Of a DNA stretch of 62,839 bases, positions 1-9,815 are shown in pieces; within the stretch, counting starts at the first letter, position 1; each line of letters opens with the position of its first letter. A program made the translations under genes and the position numbers. This DNA is from Candidatus Gastranaerophilales bacterium. Its GTDB lineage: Bacteria; Cyanobacteriota; Vampirovibrionia; Gastranaerophilales; Gastranaerophilaceae. Location of the stretch: NCBI GenBank assembly GCA_944325565.1, contig CALVAT010000001.1, positions 1 through 62,839 on the forward strand, written 5' to 3'. The notes below the pieces were generated by a model. That model searched no databases. It was not told the origin of the DNA and worked only from the letters and a program-made list of their open reading frames with translations.

Positions 1-37
1 AAAAAAATATGACTAAATGTCATATTTTTTGAGAGGG
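1..37 (+). repeat. Hairpin element copy C (truncated by window edge): AAAAATATGAC-TAAAT-GTCATATTTTT then TGAGAGG
   Basis: Perfect 11-bp stem 3-13/19-29 with loop TAAAT. Core TGACTAAATGTCA and 3' flank TGAGAGG are shared with the copies at 231-278(-) and 52960-53006(+). Confidence 0.7.
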
Positions 38-81
38 AAGAACCCCGAATTTTCGAAGAAAATTTGCGGTTCGAAGCCCAT

Positions 82-104
82 GAAAAAAACTTCCCGAAGG
101 AAGT
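82..104 (-). terminator. Rho-independent terminator downstream of tRNA-Met (also usable on + strand)
   Basis: Stem ACTTCC/GGAAGT (89-94/99-104) with a 4-nt loop (UUCG on the minus strand). It is followed on the minus strand by a T7 run (88-82) and on the plus strand by TCTTTT. Confidence 0.7.
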
Positions 105-114
105 CTTTTAAATT

Positions 115-186
<72 letters not shown>

Positions 187-230
187 GTGGCGATAATCTA
201 TTTAATTGTCTAAACTCGGACTGCGCTTCC

Positions 231-278
231 TACCTCTCATCCAAAGTGACATTTAGTCACTTTGTTCTCGGCAGAGTG
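231..278 (-). repeat. Hairpin element copy B in the tRNA-Met 5' leader
   Basis: Minus strand reads CACTCTGCCGAGAACAAAGTGAC-TAAAT-GTCACTTTGGATGAGAGGTA. Flanks and core match copy A at 52960-53006. Stem spans 243-250/256-263. Confidence 0.75.
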
Positions 279-302
279 TCACAGGCCCTTCTGTGTAAAT
301 AT

Positions 303-331
303 AAAATACCATTAACAACTGTCATGGTCAA
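303..331 (-). promoter_or_regulatory. Candidate sigma70-type promoter for tRNA-Met (TTGACC-17 nt-TATTTT)
   Basis: Minus strand has TTGACC (331-326), a 17-nt spacer, then TATTTT (308-303). This places the start ~110 nt upstream of the mature tRNA 5' end. Confidence 0.4.
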
Positions 332-395
332 GCAAATCTTTAATATCAGCAACAACAAGATTTCTCAAATATTTAAAGAGCATGAATAAATAGAA

Positions 396-1235
396 TTACT
401 CTATTACCTCATCAGGTATAGAATCATTTATTTCATTAAGAAACTGTATATTGCGCTCAACCTGCTCATTCCTATTTTTTAGTTCTTTATTATAACGGAC
501 AAAAGAGGCTGTCACCATAGCAGGAACAAGCATCATTGCAGAAAATTTGTTGGCATTTCCAAGATATGGTCGTTTCTCAACAAATTTTTCAGCCGGCAAT
601 ATAATCTTTTTGTTAAGCAGTGAATTATTTAAAAACTCTTTTACTGGGTTATAAACATTTTTATTCAACTTCTGAGTAAAATTAGGCAATAACTCCTTAG
701 CCGAAGAAACAGCAGTTTGAGCTCCTTTCTTTAATAAATCCCAAGCTGTGTATACTGCACTAAAATCAATAATAGTAGCCAAAACCGGATGTTTATTATC
801 AAAATCATCCAGAGGTTTTAACTTCGAATTTATAGCCGATTTAGTACCCAAAACAGCAAGTCCAGCAGCAAAAACACTGCCCCATCTAAGTGCGTTTCCT
901 GCACCAGCCTTAAGTTTTGAAGACAAACCTCCATTTTTTATAGCGGCAGAAACTACTGTATCTATAACAGGAATAGTCACAAACATTGTTTTAATTGAAT
1001 TAGCTGCTACTTTAGACATTTTTTTGTCAGGAGCATAAGTAGACAATGCATAAATATCCTCGTTAGAAAATTTATTAATTCTAACACCGCTAGTTTCGTA
1101 GTCATCAAATGCTTCTGGAATATTATCAAAATTGTCTGCAGCTTTAAAGCTTCTCAAATTTCTCGAAGGTAAGTTATTTTGCGCCTTAGCAATATTAAAA
1201 TTATTGTTAATTTTAGAAGAAGACATGCTGCCCAT
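396..1235 (-). CDS. Hypothetical protein with internal hydrophobic segments
   Basis: 279-aa ORF with no motif I recognise. Hydrophobic stretches include TMFVTIPVIDTVVSAAI and WGSVFAAGLAVLG. Confidence 0.6.
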   Translation of the reverse strand: MGSMSSSKINNNFNIAKAQNNLPSRNLRSFKAADNFDNIPEAFDDYETSGVRINKFSNEDIYALSTYAPDKKMSKVAANSIKTMFVTIPVIDTVVSAAIKNGGLSSKLKAGAGNALRWGSVFAAGLAVLGTKSAINSKLKPLDDFDNKHPVLATIIDFSAVYTAWDLLKKGAQTAVSSAKELLPNFTQKLNKNVYNPVKEFLNNSLLNKKIILPAEKFVEKRPYLGNANKFSAMMLVPAMVTASFVRYNKELKNRNEQVERNIQFLNEINDSIPDEVIE

Positions 1236-1298
1236 TCTATGTTGTTCTACTTTAATATTATACTACGAACAAAAAAATTTTTATATTAAAATTTATTT

Positions 1299-2585
1299 AT
1301 GAAAACCTTTTTTATAAAAACTCACGGCTGCAAATCAAATCAACTAGAATCCAACATAATACGAGAAAAACTTTTAAATGCAGGTTATGTGGAATCTCTG
1401 CAAAATACTAATGCTGATATCTATATATTGAACTCTTGCTCCGTTACAGAAACAGCGGACATAGAAGCATTAAGAACTTTAAGAAATATTAAACATAAAA
1501 ATCCTGCAACTATGACAATACTCACAGGCTGCAGTGCTCAATTGAATGCGTCAAAAGTTGCAGAGCTCGATTTTATAGACATAATTTTGGGCAATAATGA
1601 TAAATTTGAAATAATAGAAGCAATAAATAATCAAAAAAGTAAGGTACAGGATATTTTTACTGTACACCAATTCAATAACCAGCCCTTACACTCTTATTCA
1701 AAAACACGTGGATACTTAAAGATTCAAGATGGCTGCAATAATTATTGCAGCTACTGTACAATACCTTTTGCAAGAGGCAAAAGCAGAAGCAACAGCATAG
1801 AAAATATTCTAGAACAGATAAAAATTTATACTAACTCTGGTATAAAAGAAGTTGTTTTAACCGGAATACATATTGGACAGTGGGGCGAAGATTTTGAACC
1901 GAAACAAAATATGTTAACGCTACTGGAAGCAATAGAGAAAACACAAATACAAAGATACAGACTCGGTTCATTAAACCCGCTCGAAATTAACGGGGAAATG
2001 TTAAACTTTCTCTCTCAGTCAAGTAAATTTTGTCCGCATTTTCACCTGTCACTTCAATCCCTGTGCGACAAAACCCTAAAAAACATGAACAGACATTACA
2101 ATGCCCAAACCTGTCTAGAGCTGATAAACAAAATTGATGAAATGTTTAGACTTCCTTTTATAGGAAGCGATATTATTGTGGGGTTTCCTGATGAAAACGA
2201 AACGGATTTTGAAACAACATATAAAAACGTAATAGAATCAAAACTTTCGTCTATACACGTATTTCCCTACTCAATAAGAAAAAACACAAAAGCTGCGGAA
2301 ATGACAAACCAAATACCGGAAAAAATTAAACATCAAAGAGCCGACTTGCTCCACAAAGTTGCAAATGAAAAATTAAACTCATTTATTAGCCAAAACATAG
2401 GAATAAAAACACAAATACTCATCGAAAAAAATCCGGACAAAAAAACAGGGCTGTTGAAAGGCGTTACCCCAAATTATCTGACAGTTTACCTAAATGCCTG
2501 TGATAAAAATTTGCTAAACACAATACAGAATATAAAAATAACAACAAAAGACTCTTCTGATAAACTTTTTGGAGAAATATATTAA
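1299..2585 (+). CDS. mtaB: Radical-SAM methylthiotransferase, MiaB/RimO/MtaB family (MtaB-like)
   Basis: N-terminal THGCKSNQ.ES (UPF0004 domain), radical-SAM CNNYCSYC motif, and a C-terminal TRAM-like region. Confidence 0.8.
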   Translation: MKTFFIKTHGCKSNQLESNIIREKLLNAGYVESLQNTNADIYILNSCSVTETADIEALRTLRNIKHKNPATMTILTGCSAQLNASKVAELDFIDIILGNNDKFEIIEAINNQKSKVQDIFTVHQFNNQPLHSYSKTRGYLKIQDGCNNYCSYCTIPFARGKSRSNSIENILEQIKIYTNSGIKEVVLTGIHIGQWGEDFEPKQNMLTLLEAIEKTQIQRYRLGSLNPLEINGEMLNFLSQSSKFCPHFHLSLQSLCDKTLKNMNRHYNAQTCLELINKIDEMFRLPFIGSDIIVGFPDENETDFETTYKNVIESKLSSIHVFPYSIRKNTKAAEMTNQIPEKIKHQRADLLHKVANEKLNSFISQNIGIKTQILIEKNPDKKTGLLKGVTPNYLTVYLNACDKNLLNTIQNIKITTKDSSDKLFGEIY

Positions 2586-2623
2586 TTTATGCCCCATTTT
2601 ATGTTTTGTACTATAATTTTAGA

Positions 2624-3454
2624 ATGAAATTAAGAGTCTTATTGGTACAAAACAGCGCGATTATAGGGAACAAAAAAGCTACATTCGAAAATGTATATTC
2701 GCTTTTAAAGCAATACGAAGGAGAAAAAATTGACCTGTTAATATTCTCTGAAGTATGGTCTATAGGTTGGTATTGTTCAAATTTTCCAAAAGAAGCAGAA
2801 ACATTAGAAAACAGTCCCACTATAAATGTACTAAAAGATATTGCCCTCAGCTATAAATCAAATGTCATAGGCGGAAGTTTAATTCTACAACATGAAAAAG
2901 GCTTCACAAATACATGCCCTGTTATTTCTAAAAAAGGCCAACTCATAACAACTTATGACAAAATGCATCTATTTTCTCACAAGGGTTCTGAAGAAAATAA
3001 ATACATAACAACAGGAAACGAACTGAAGATATTAAATTACCAAAACACAAAAATCGGGCTTACAATATGTTATGACATAAGATTTCCTGAAATTTACAGA
3101 GAATACTCAAAGCATGGTGTAGAAATATTTGTAAATATGGCAGCATGGTCAAATAAAAAGCCGGAGCACTGGGAAATTATGCACAGAGCAAGAGCGATAG
3201 AAAACCAGTGCTACATGCTTACAGTCGACCAGACCGGAAAAATTACGGACAAAGAGTATAACCTCGGCAACTCAATGGTTATTAATCCTTGGGGTGATAT
3301 AGAGGCTTCGTTACAGTCTGAAGAAAGCTGTTTGCTATATGAAATTGATACTGCTAAAGTAAAAGAATTACGTGAGAACTTCCCGCTTATTTCGGATAGA
3401 AGAGATACTGAATTTAAAACTTTTAACTATAAGGAGATATATTTGCATGAATAA
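2624..3454 (+). CDS. Carbon-nitrogen hydrolase family protein (nitrilase/omega-amidase-like)
   Basis: MKLRVLLVQ start with family-typical blocks LLIFSE.W, KMHLF and GLTICYD.RFPE. The track ORF begins at TTG 2606; ATG 2624 is more likely. Confidence 0.75.
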   Translation: MKLRVLLVQNSAIIGNKKATFENVYSLLKQYEGEKIDLLIFSEVWSIGWYCSNFPKEAETLENSPTINVLKDIALSYKSNVIGGSLILQHEKGFTNTCPVISKKGQLITTYDKMHLFSHKGSEENKYITTGNELKILNYQNTKIGLTICYDIRFPEIYREYSKHGVEIFVNMAAWSNKKPEHWEIMHRARAIENQCYMLTVDQTGKITDKEYNLGNSMVINPWGDIEASLQSEESCLLYEIDTAKVKELRENFPLISDRRDTEFKTFNYKEIYLHE

Positions 3455-4799
3455 TAAAATTAAAACGGCTCTTATCTTTATAGGGCTTTTAACATTAAGC
3501 GTAAACTCTGCATTTTGCGCAAGCCTTGATTCAATAATTAAAAAATCAAACCTCGACAAAACATCAACTATTGCAATTTCAGTTAAAGATGCAAAATCAG
3601 GAAAAGTAGTATACGAATATAATGAACAAAAGTTGATGAACCCTGCATCGGTTCAAAAAATATTCACAATGAAAACTGCCTATGATCAGTTAAAACCAGA
3701 GTATACTTTCGATACAAAAGTTTTTTCAGATAAAAATAATAATTTGTACATAAAATTATCTGCTGATCCATCACTTACTACAGATGATTTGAAAAAGCTT
3801 CTTAAAGAAGCCAAAGAAATATATCGTAAACCTTTTAATGACATAGTTATTGATTCTTCTATAATTGATAATAAACAATGGGGCATCGGATGGATGTGGG
3901 ATGACGATACAAATGAACTTCTGCCCAAATATTCTCCTTATACTATTAATCAAAATAAAATAAGCATTACTATTACACCAAATAAAAATAATACTGTAGA
4001 TATTAAAAACAAAAGTGATTATCACATGATGTTTGTTAATATGCTCAAGACAGGCAATACAAACAATATCACATTTGAAAGAACACCGTGGCTATCATCA
4101 GACATGACCTATGTAACTGGCACTATACAAAGCCAGATTACAAGACAAATGCCTGTTAATTCACCGCAGGCTTACTTTACAAACGAATTAAGAAAGGCAA
4201 TTTCTGCAGCTGGTTTAAAATATTCGGGACAAATAAAAACAGCACCGGTTCCGGGTAAAGCAGTGTTTATAACAAAACACTCTAGCAACACACTTGAAAA
4301 TCTTATTTCTAAAACGCTAAAAAACAGCAACAATTTGTATTCAGAATTAATATTTAAGGCCGCAGGTGCAAACTACACAAATCAACAAGGTACAACAGAA
4401 AACGCTGTTGAAATGTTGAAAAAATATTTCTCAGACATAAAGGCGACAGATAATATAGTTATGGTTGATGCGTGCGGTATCTCTAGAAACGATTTAATGA
4501 CAGCTGACTGGGCTACTGATGCTCTAAACAAAATATATACAGATAAAGAATTTGATAAATTTGCTATACTGTTACCAAAACCAATGGAAGGTACACTGCG
4601 CGACAGATTGATTAACATAAGTTTACGCCTTCGTGCCAAAACAGGTACAGCAAGCGGTATAAGCTCTATAGCTGGCTATATAGACACAAAAAACAACAAA
4701 AAATATACATTTGCTATATTTATACAAAATTACAATCAATCACCGGAAAGCGTAAAGAAACTCGAAGATGACTTAATTAATGAAATTTATAAAATGTAA
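3447..4799 (+). CDS. dacB: D-alanyl-D-alanine carboxypeptidase/endopeptidase (PBP4, peptidase S13)
   Basis: Signal peptide MNNKIKTALIFIGLL, active-site-like PASVQKIFT (SxxK), and a C-terminal KTGT motif (RAKTGTASG). ATG 3447 overlaps the upstream stop. Confidence 0.8.
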   Translation: MNNKIKTALIFIGLLTLSVNSAFCASLDSIIKKSNLDKTSTIAISVKDAKSGKVVYEYNEQKLMNPASVQKIFTMKTAYDQLKPEYTFDTKVFSDKNNNLYIKLSADPSLTTDDLKKLLKEAKEIYRKPFNDIVIDSSIIDNKQWGIGWMWDDDTNELLPKYSPYTINQNKISITITPNKNNTVDIKNKSDYHMMFVNMLKTGNTNNITFERTPWLSSDMTYVTGTIQSQITRQMPVNSPQAYFTNELRKAISAAGLKYSGQIKTAPVPGKAVFITKHSSNTLENLISKTLKNSNNLYSELIFKAAGANYTNQQGTTENAVEMLKKYFSDIKATDNIVMVDACGISRNDLMTADWATDALNKIYTDKEFDKFAILLPKPMEGTLRDRLINISLRLRAKTGTASGISSIAGYIDTKNNKKYTFAIFIQNYNQSPESVKKLEDDLINEIYKM

Positions 4800-4905
4800 T
4801 TAGACTAAATATATTAGGCAAATATAATTAAAGTAATATATAATTAAAATGTTGTTGACTTATTTTAGGAAATAATTAAAAGTAAAATAAAAAGGATATA
4901 GAGGT

Positions 4906-5691
4906 ATGAAATTAAAAAAAATTATTTTAGGATTAGCAGCATTTACATTTATGGCAGTACAGACATGTGCTCTGGCACAAACATCTGACGCAACAATAAA
5001 AGCAATGGTTGCAAAATACAAACAACAAAATTATCTTGGTTGTATACAGGATACAAAAAAAATTCTAAAGGATGACCCTTCTAATATATATGCTTACTAT
5101 TATAAAGGATTGTCGTATTTTCAACTGGGTCAACACGAACAGGCTACAGAAGCATTTACAAACGTTGAAAGCTTAAATTCAAATGAAACACTTGTAAAAT
5201 ATGCAACTAGAGCTAAAGCTTGCATAGAAATGCCAGAAGCTTGCAGCATGTATGCAGAAGGAAACAAAACAGATTTAGATAAATTTATTGAATCAAAAAA
5301 ATTCTATGACACACCGGTTCAGGCTGAAGTCAACAAAAAGAAACTGGATAGAGTAAGAAACAACATTAATGATGCTGTTAAAGAAGATTTAAATCAAAAT
5401 AAAACAGAAACGCAAAATCAAAAATCAGAAATGCCAACAAATGAAGAAATTGCAAATGCAGTAAAAACACTGGCAAAACTTGGTATAAACCCGATGGGTG
5501 CAATGGTTCAACCGGCTGCATACCAAAATCCAGAAATGATGCAAATGAGCATGCTTCTTGGTAATAATACGCAATCAAATAATGGAATGAATATGCTCCC
5601 ATTTTTAATGATGAATCAGGGCAATACACAAAATATGTCACCAGAATTAATAGAAACAATGATGATGAATCAAATGGCACCTACATATTAA
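4906..5691 (+). CDS. Secreted TPR-like protein with Met/Asn/Gln-rich C-terminal tail
   Basis: Signal peptide ending AVQTCALA, a TPR-like YYKGLSYFQLGQHEQA segment, and the tail PEMMQMSMLLGNN...LMMNQGN...TMMMNQM. Confidence 0.6.
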   Translation: MKLKKIILGLAAFTFMAVQTCALAQTSDATIKAMVAKYKQQNYLGCIQDTKKILKDDPSNIYAYYYKGLSYFQLGQHEQATEAFTNVESLNSNETLVKYATRAKACIEMPEACSMYAEGNKTDLDKFIESKKFYDTPVQAEVNKKKLDRVRNNINDAVKEDLNQNKTETQNQKSEMPTNEEIANAVKTLAKLGINPMGAMVQPAAYQNPEMMQMSMLLGNNTQSNNGMNMLPFLMMNQGNTQNMSPELIETMMMNQMAPTY

Positions 5692-5710
5692 TAATTTACG
5701 GATAAATATT

Positions 5711-6154
5711 ATGCAAATAACAACAACTAGATTTGGGGAAATCGTAATAGACGATAATTTAATATTTGATTTTGTACAGCCTATTATCGGATACAACAAA
5801 CTGCGCAAGTATGTTTTAATCGAGCATAAAGAAAATTCTGCTTTTAAGTGGCTGCAATCAATAGAAGATCCTGCTTTGGCCTTTCCTGTTACTTCACCTG
5901 CGTTTTTTAATATAGATTATCAGTTTGAAATACCAACAGAAACAGCAGAACAGATTGAATTAACGTCTGCGGACTCCTTGATTGCACTAAATATAGTCAC
6001 TATACCTGCATCAAATCCGCAGAAAGCAACAATAAACCTTCTTGCACCGATAATAATTAATGCGGTTAACAAACAGGGAATGCAGTTTATTTTATCTAAT
6101 TCAAACTACCCCGTAAAACAATCACTTTTCGGGAATAAAGTAGATAAAGAATAA
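5711..6154 (+). CDS. fliW: Flagellar assembly factor FliW
   Basis: Typical FliW N-terminus (RFGEI.IDD..IF.F..PI.G) and WLQSIEDP.LAF.VTSP block. It lies immediately upstream of csrA. Confidence 0.85.
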   Translation: MQITTTRFGEIVIDDNLIFDFVQPIIGYNKLRKYVLIEHKENSAFKWLQSIEDPALAFPVTSPAFFNIDYQFEIPTETAEQIELTSADSLIALNIVTIPASNPQKATINLLAPIIINAVNKQGMQFILSNSNYPVKQSLFGNKVDKE

Positions 6155-6177
6155 CTTAATCAGGGATTGGAGAAATA

Positions 6178-6462
6178 ATGCTGGTATTAGCAAGAAAAAT
6201 AGGCGAAAAAATTATTTTAAATGATAACATCGAAGTTATTGTACTTGATGCAAACCAGAATACTGTAAAATTAGGAATAAATGCACCTAAAAATGTTTCT
6301 GTATATAGAGAAGAACTTTACAGAGAAATAAAACAAAGCAATATAATAAGCCAGAATGTCACAGAAAATTCAATTAATGAACTGGCACAACTTCTCAAAG
6401 CACCTAATAACACTTCGACTGATGCAATTGTTCAAAAACTGACAAATAAAATACCTGATTAA
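6178..6462 (+). CDS. csrA: Carbon storage regulator CsrA (FliW-partnered type with C-terminal extension)
   Basis: MLVLARKIGEKI...VKLGINAP..V.VYREE.Y matches the CsrA signature. RBS GGAG lies upstream. Confidence 0.9.
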   Translation: MLVLARKIGEKIILNDNIEVIVLDANQNTVKLGINAPKNVSVYREELYREIKQSNIISQNVTENSINELAQLLKAPNNTSTDAIVQKLTNKIPD

Positions 6463-6466
6463 AAGC

Positions 6467-7144
6467 ATGGAAAGAAAAGAATTATTAACAAGATTTTATG
6501 TTAACAAAGATTATGATAACTTAAAACAAATTCTATCAACGTCTAGCAGCAAACAAGAACTTGATATCCTTGCAAGAATTTATATAGAAGAAAAAAATTA
6601 CACAACTGCAGCAGAAATATACAATAAAATCGGCATGTTATATGAATTCGGAAGATGCCAGCTTTTATGCGGAAATATTGAAGAAACAGCCCATATTTGG
6701 CGTTCTCTAAAGGATGATACTCCGGCAGTGCACTGGGGATGTTCTTTATTAGAATTTATAAATCTCTATGTAATTAATATCCCAACATTTTTTCAAATAA
6801 GGGCTTTTTTAGAGGTAGATTTAGATGCACTTTTACAGGCAAAATTAATTACTTATTGCGAGAATATAGCCAACGGGGCACACCTGTTTGCACAGAACAA
6901 TCCAGAAAGCTACAAATTTATAGGCAGAGTTTTTGTAAATAATAAATATTATGAATTAGCCGAATTGTTTCTTAAAAAAGCAAAAGATGTCTGTTATGTT
7001 GACCCTGAAGTACATTTTTTATTAGCAAAATGCTACTTAAGCCAAAAAGATATAAAACGCGCCAAAGATGCTTTAAAAACCAGTATGGAAAAAGGTTATG
7101 GCTATTATCCGGCAAAAAAACTGCTAAAAGAAATAACACATTAA
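6467..7144 (+). CDS. TPR-like hypothetical protein
   Basis: 225-aa ORF 4 nt after csrA with helical-repeat-like segments (ARIYIEEKNYTTAAEIYNKIG, LAKCYLSQKDIKRAKDAL). Confidence 0.55.
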   Translation: MERKELLTRFYVNKDYDNLKQILSTSSSKQELDILARIYIEEKNYTTAAEIYNKIGMLYEFGRCQLLCGNIEETAHIWRSLKDDTPAVHWGCSLLEFINLYVINIPTFFQIRAFLEVDLDALLQAKLITYCENIANGAHLFAQNNPESYKFIGRVFVNNKYYELAELFLKKAKDVCYVDPEVHFLLAKCYLSQKDIKRAKDALKTSMEKGYGYYPAKKLLKEITH

Positions 7145-7165
7145 ATTGATTATAGAAAATTTAAG

Positions 7166-7195
7166 TTGAAACATAAGTATTATATGAGGTACAAT
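7166..7195 (+). promoter_or_regulatory. Candidate clpC promoter TTGAAA-18 nt-TACAAT
   Basis: Hexamers at 7166-7171 and 7190-7195, about 75 nt upstream of the clpC ATG. Confidence 0.35.
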
Positions 7196-7212
7196 AATTA
7201 AGAACCGGAGTA

Positions 7213-7235
7213 ATCAAGTTCTAAAATAACTTGAT
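7213..7235 (+). promoter_or_regulatory. Perfect 8-bp inverted repeat in the clpC leader (ATCAAGTT-N7-AACTTGAT)
   Basis: Arms at 7213-7220 and 7228-7235. It matches neither the CtsR direct repeat nor the CIRCE consensus as I recall them. Confidence 0.3.
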
Positions 7236-7268
7236 GAATATTAAATATATACGGACAGGAGTTAATAA

Positions 7269-9737
7269 ATGTTTGAACGTTTTACAGAGAAAGCGATAAA
7301 AGTAATCATGCTTGCTCAAGAAGAAGCGAGAAGATTAGGACATAACTTCGTCGGCACAGAACAGGTATTGTTAGGCCTTATTGGCGAAGGAACAGGTGTT
7401 GCTTCTAAAACGCTAAAATCAATGGGAATAACACTAAAAGATGCTCGAGCTGAAGTTGAAAAAATTATAGGACGCGGCTCAGGCTTTGTAGCCGTTGAAA
7501 TTCCTTTTACACCTAGAGCTAAAAGAGTACTTGAATTGTCATGGGACGAAGCAAGACAACTTGGCCATAACTACATTGGTACAGAACACCTGCTCTTAGG
7601 TCTTATAAGAGAGGGAGAAGGCGTTGCAGCAAGAGTTTTGGAAAACCTTGGCGTTGACCTTAACAAGCTCAGAAGCAATATCATAAAAATGCTTGGTGAA
7701 TCAAAACCAGCTGCACAAACAGCTACAGCAGGCACAGCATCTGGTGGAAAAACCAAAACACCGTCACTTGACGAATTCGGTACAGATTTGACGCTTGCGG
7801 CTCAGGAGCAAAGACTCGACCCTGTTGTAGGCAGAGAAAAAGAAATTGAACGTGTTATACAAATTCTTGCAAGAAGAACAAAAAACAATCCGGTACTTAT
7901 AGGTGAACCCGGTGTTGGTAAAACAGCTGTTGCAGAAGGTCTTGCAATAAGAATTGTAAACTCTGATGTTCCTGATATTTTAGAGGGCAAAAAGATTATT
8001 CAGCTCGACATGGGCTTGCTTGTTGCAGGCACAAAATACAGAGGTGAATTTGAAGAACGCCTGAAAAAAATCATGGACGAAATCAGACAGGCCGGTAATG
8101 TAATTCTTGTTATCGATGAAATGCATACCTTGATAGGTGCAGGTGCTGCAGAAGGCGCTATCGATGCAGCAAACATATTAAAGCCTGCTTTATCAAGAGG
8201 AGAAATTCAGGTTATCGGTGCAACAACTCTTGATGAATACAGAAAATATGTAGAAAAAGATGCAGCATTGGAAAGAAGATTCCAGCCTGTAATAATTGAA
8301 GAACCTTCTATTGATGAGTCTATTGAAATAATCAGAGGCTTAAAATCAAAATATGAAGAACACCACAGACTGCAAATCTCTGACGAAGCAATAATTGCAG
8401 CTGTATCACTGTCTGATAAATATATTACAGACAGATTCCTGCCTGACAAAGCTATTGATATTATTGATGAAGCAAGCTCTAAAGTTCGTTTAAACGTTAG
8501 CTCATTACCGCCGGAAGGCAAAGAGCTGGAAAAAGAGCTTAAAAATATCATCAAACAAAAAGAAGATGCTATCAGAAATCAGGAATTTGAGCATGCTTCA
8601 AATCTTAGAGACAAAGAAGCTGATTTAAAAGAAAAAATCAGAGAGATGTCACAGCAATGGAAAGAAGAGCATGACGCAAATAAACCTGTTGTAACAGCAG
8701 AACATGTTGCTGAAGTTGTAAGCACAATGACAGGCATCCCGACAACAAAGATAACGGAAAAAGAATCAGAAAGACTCTTAAAACTTGAAGAAACACTTCA
8801 CCAGAGAGTTATCGGTCAGGATCAGGCTGTTGTATCGCTTGCGAAAGCTATCAGACGTGCAAGAGTCGGTTTGAAATCACCGAACAGACCTATCGGAAGC
8901 TTTATCTTCGCAGGTCCTACCGGTGTTGGTAAAACAGAACTTGCAAAAGCTCTTGCAGAAGCAGTATTTGGCTCTGAAGAGAACATGATAAGAGTTGATA
9001 TGTCAGAATTTATGGAAAAACATTCTACAGCAAAACTTATCGGCTCTCCTCCGGGTTATGTCGGCTATGATGACGGCGGACACTTAACTGAAACCATACG
9101 TAAAAAACCGTATTCAGTTGTGTTGTTCGATGAAATCGAAAAGGCACACCCGGATGTATTTAACATCATGTTACAAATTCTTGATGACGGTCGTTTGACT
9201 GATGCAAAAGGCAGACACATCAACTTTAAAAATACTATCATTATTATGACAAGTAACGTTGGTGCTAGCATGATTACGACTACATCAAGACTCGGCTTCT
9301 CTGTTGCTTCTGATGAGTCAAAAGACAAATACGAACACCTCAAAGATACTGTTATGGAAGAAATGAAAAAGGCCTTCAGACCTGAATTTCTTAACAGAAT
9401 CGATGATATTATTGTATTCTCTCACCTCAGCAAGCCTGAAATCAGAGAAATCGTTGACCTTATGTTTAAAGACCTTGTTAAACGTATTCAGTCACATGAC
9501 TTCACTATTGAAGTATCTGATGAGGTTAAAGATTATCTTGCCGATGAAGGATACTCGGAAGCATACGGCGCAAGACCGCTTAGAAGGGTTATTCAAAAGA
9601 AAATTGAAGATACACTTGCTGAAGAAATTCTCAACGGTAAATACAAAGCCGGTGATGTTATTTCTGCCAAACTCGAAGATAAAAAGATTATTTTTGAGAA
9701 AGTTGGCGAGAAACAAGAAGCTGAAGCAGCAAAATAA
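7269..9737 (+). CDS. clpC: ATP-dependent Clp protease ATP-binding subunit ClpC
   Basis: Duplicated Clp_N repeats ([12 protein letters not shown]..., [14 protein letters not shown]), two Walker A motifs ([16 protein letters not shown]), and a UVR-like linker. Confidence 0.95.
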   Translation: MFERFTEKAIKVIMLAQEEARRLGHNFVGTEQVLLGLIGEGTGVASKTLKSMGITLKDARAEVEKIIGRGSGFVAVEIPFTPRAKRVLELSWDEARQLGHNYIGTEHLLLGLIREGEGVAARVLENLGVDLNKLRSNIIKMLGESKPAAQTATAGTASGGKTKTPSLDEFGTDLTLAAQEQRLDPVVGREKEIERVIQILARRTKNNPVLIGEPGVGKTAVAEGLAIRIVNSDVPDILEGKKIIQLDMGLLVAGTKYRGEFEERLKKIMDEIRQAGNVILVIDEMHTLIGAGAAEGAIDAANILKPALSRGEIQVIGATTLDEYRKYVEKDAALERRFQPVIIEEPSIDESIEIIRGLKSKYEEHHRLQISDEAIIAAVSLSDKYITDRFLPDKAIDIIDEASSKVRLNVSSLPPEGKELEKELKNIIKQKEDAIRNQEFEHASNLRDKEADLKEKIREMSQQWKEEHDANKPVVTAEHVAEVVSTMTGIPTTKITEKESERLLKLEETLHQRVIGQDQAVVSLAKAIRRARVGLKSPNRPIGSFIFAGPTGVGKTELAKALAEAVFGSEENMIRVDMSEFMEKHSTAKLIGSPPGYVGYDDGGHLTETIRKKPYSVVLFDEIEKAHPDVFNIMLQILDDGRLTDAKGRHINFKNTIIIMTSNVGASMITTTSRLGFSVASDESKDKYEHLKDTVMEEMKKAFRPEFLNRIDDIIVFSHLSKPEIREIVDLMFKDLVKRIQSHDFTIEVSDEVKDYLADEGYSEAYGARPLRRVIQKKIEDTLAEEILNGKYKAGDVISAKLEDKKIIFEKVGEKQEAEAAK

Positions 9738-9766
9738 AGTGGAATCTATCGCAATAAATTATAAAA

Positions 9767-9795
9767 GGAAAGCGCTAAGCTTTCCTTTTTGTTTT
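9767..9795 (+). terminator. Rho-independent terminator after clpC
   Basis: Stem GGAAAGC/GCTTTCC (9767-9786) followed by TTTTTGTTTT. Confidence 0.7.
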
Positions 9796-9815
9796 AAAAA
9801 GAATATAATTAGCTA

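Noticed and set aside
2609-2626. TACTATAAT immediately upstream of ATG 2624, suggesting a leaderless mRNA for the C-N hydrolase
   Set aside because: No -35 element was identified and the gene sits 20 nt after mtaB on the same strand. Read-through from mtaB is simpler, so this is too speculative to report.
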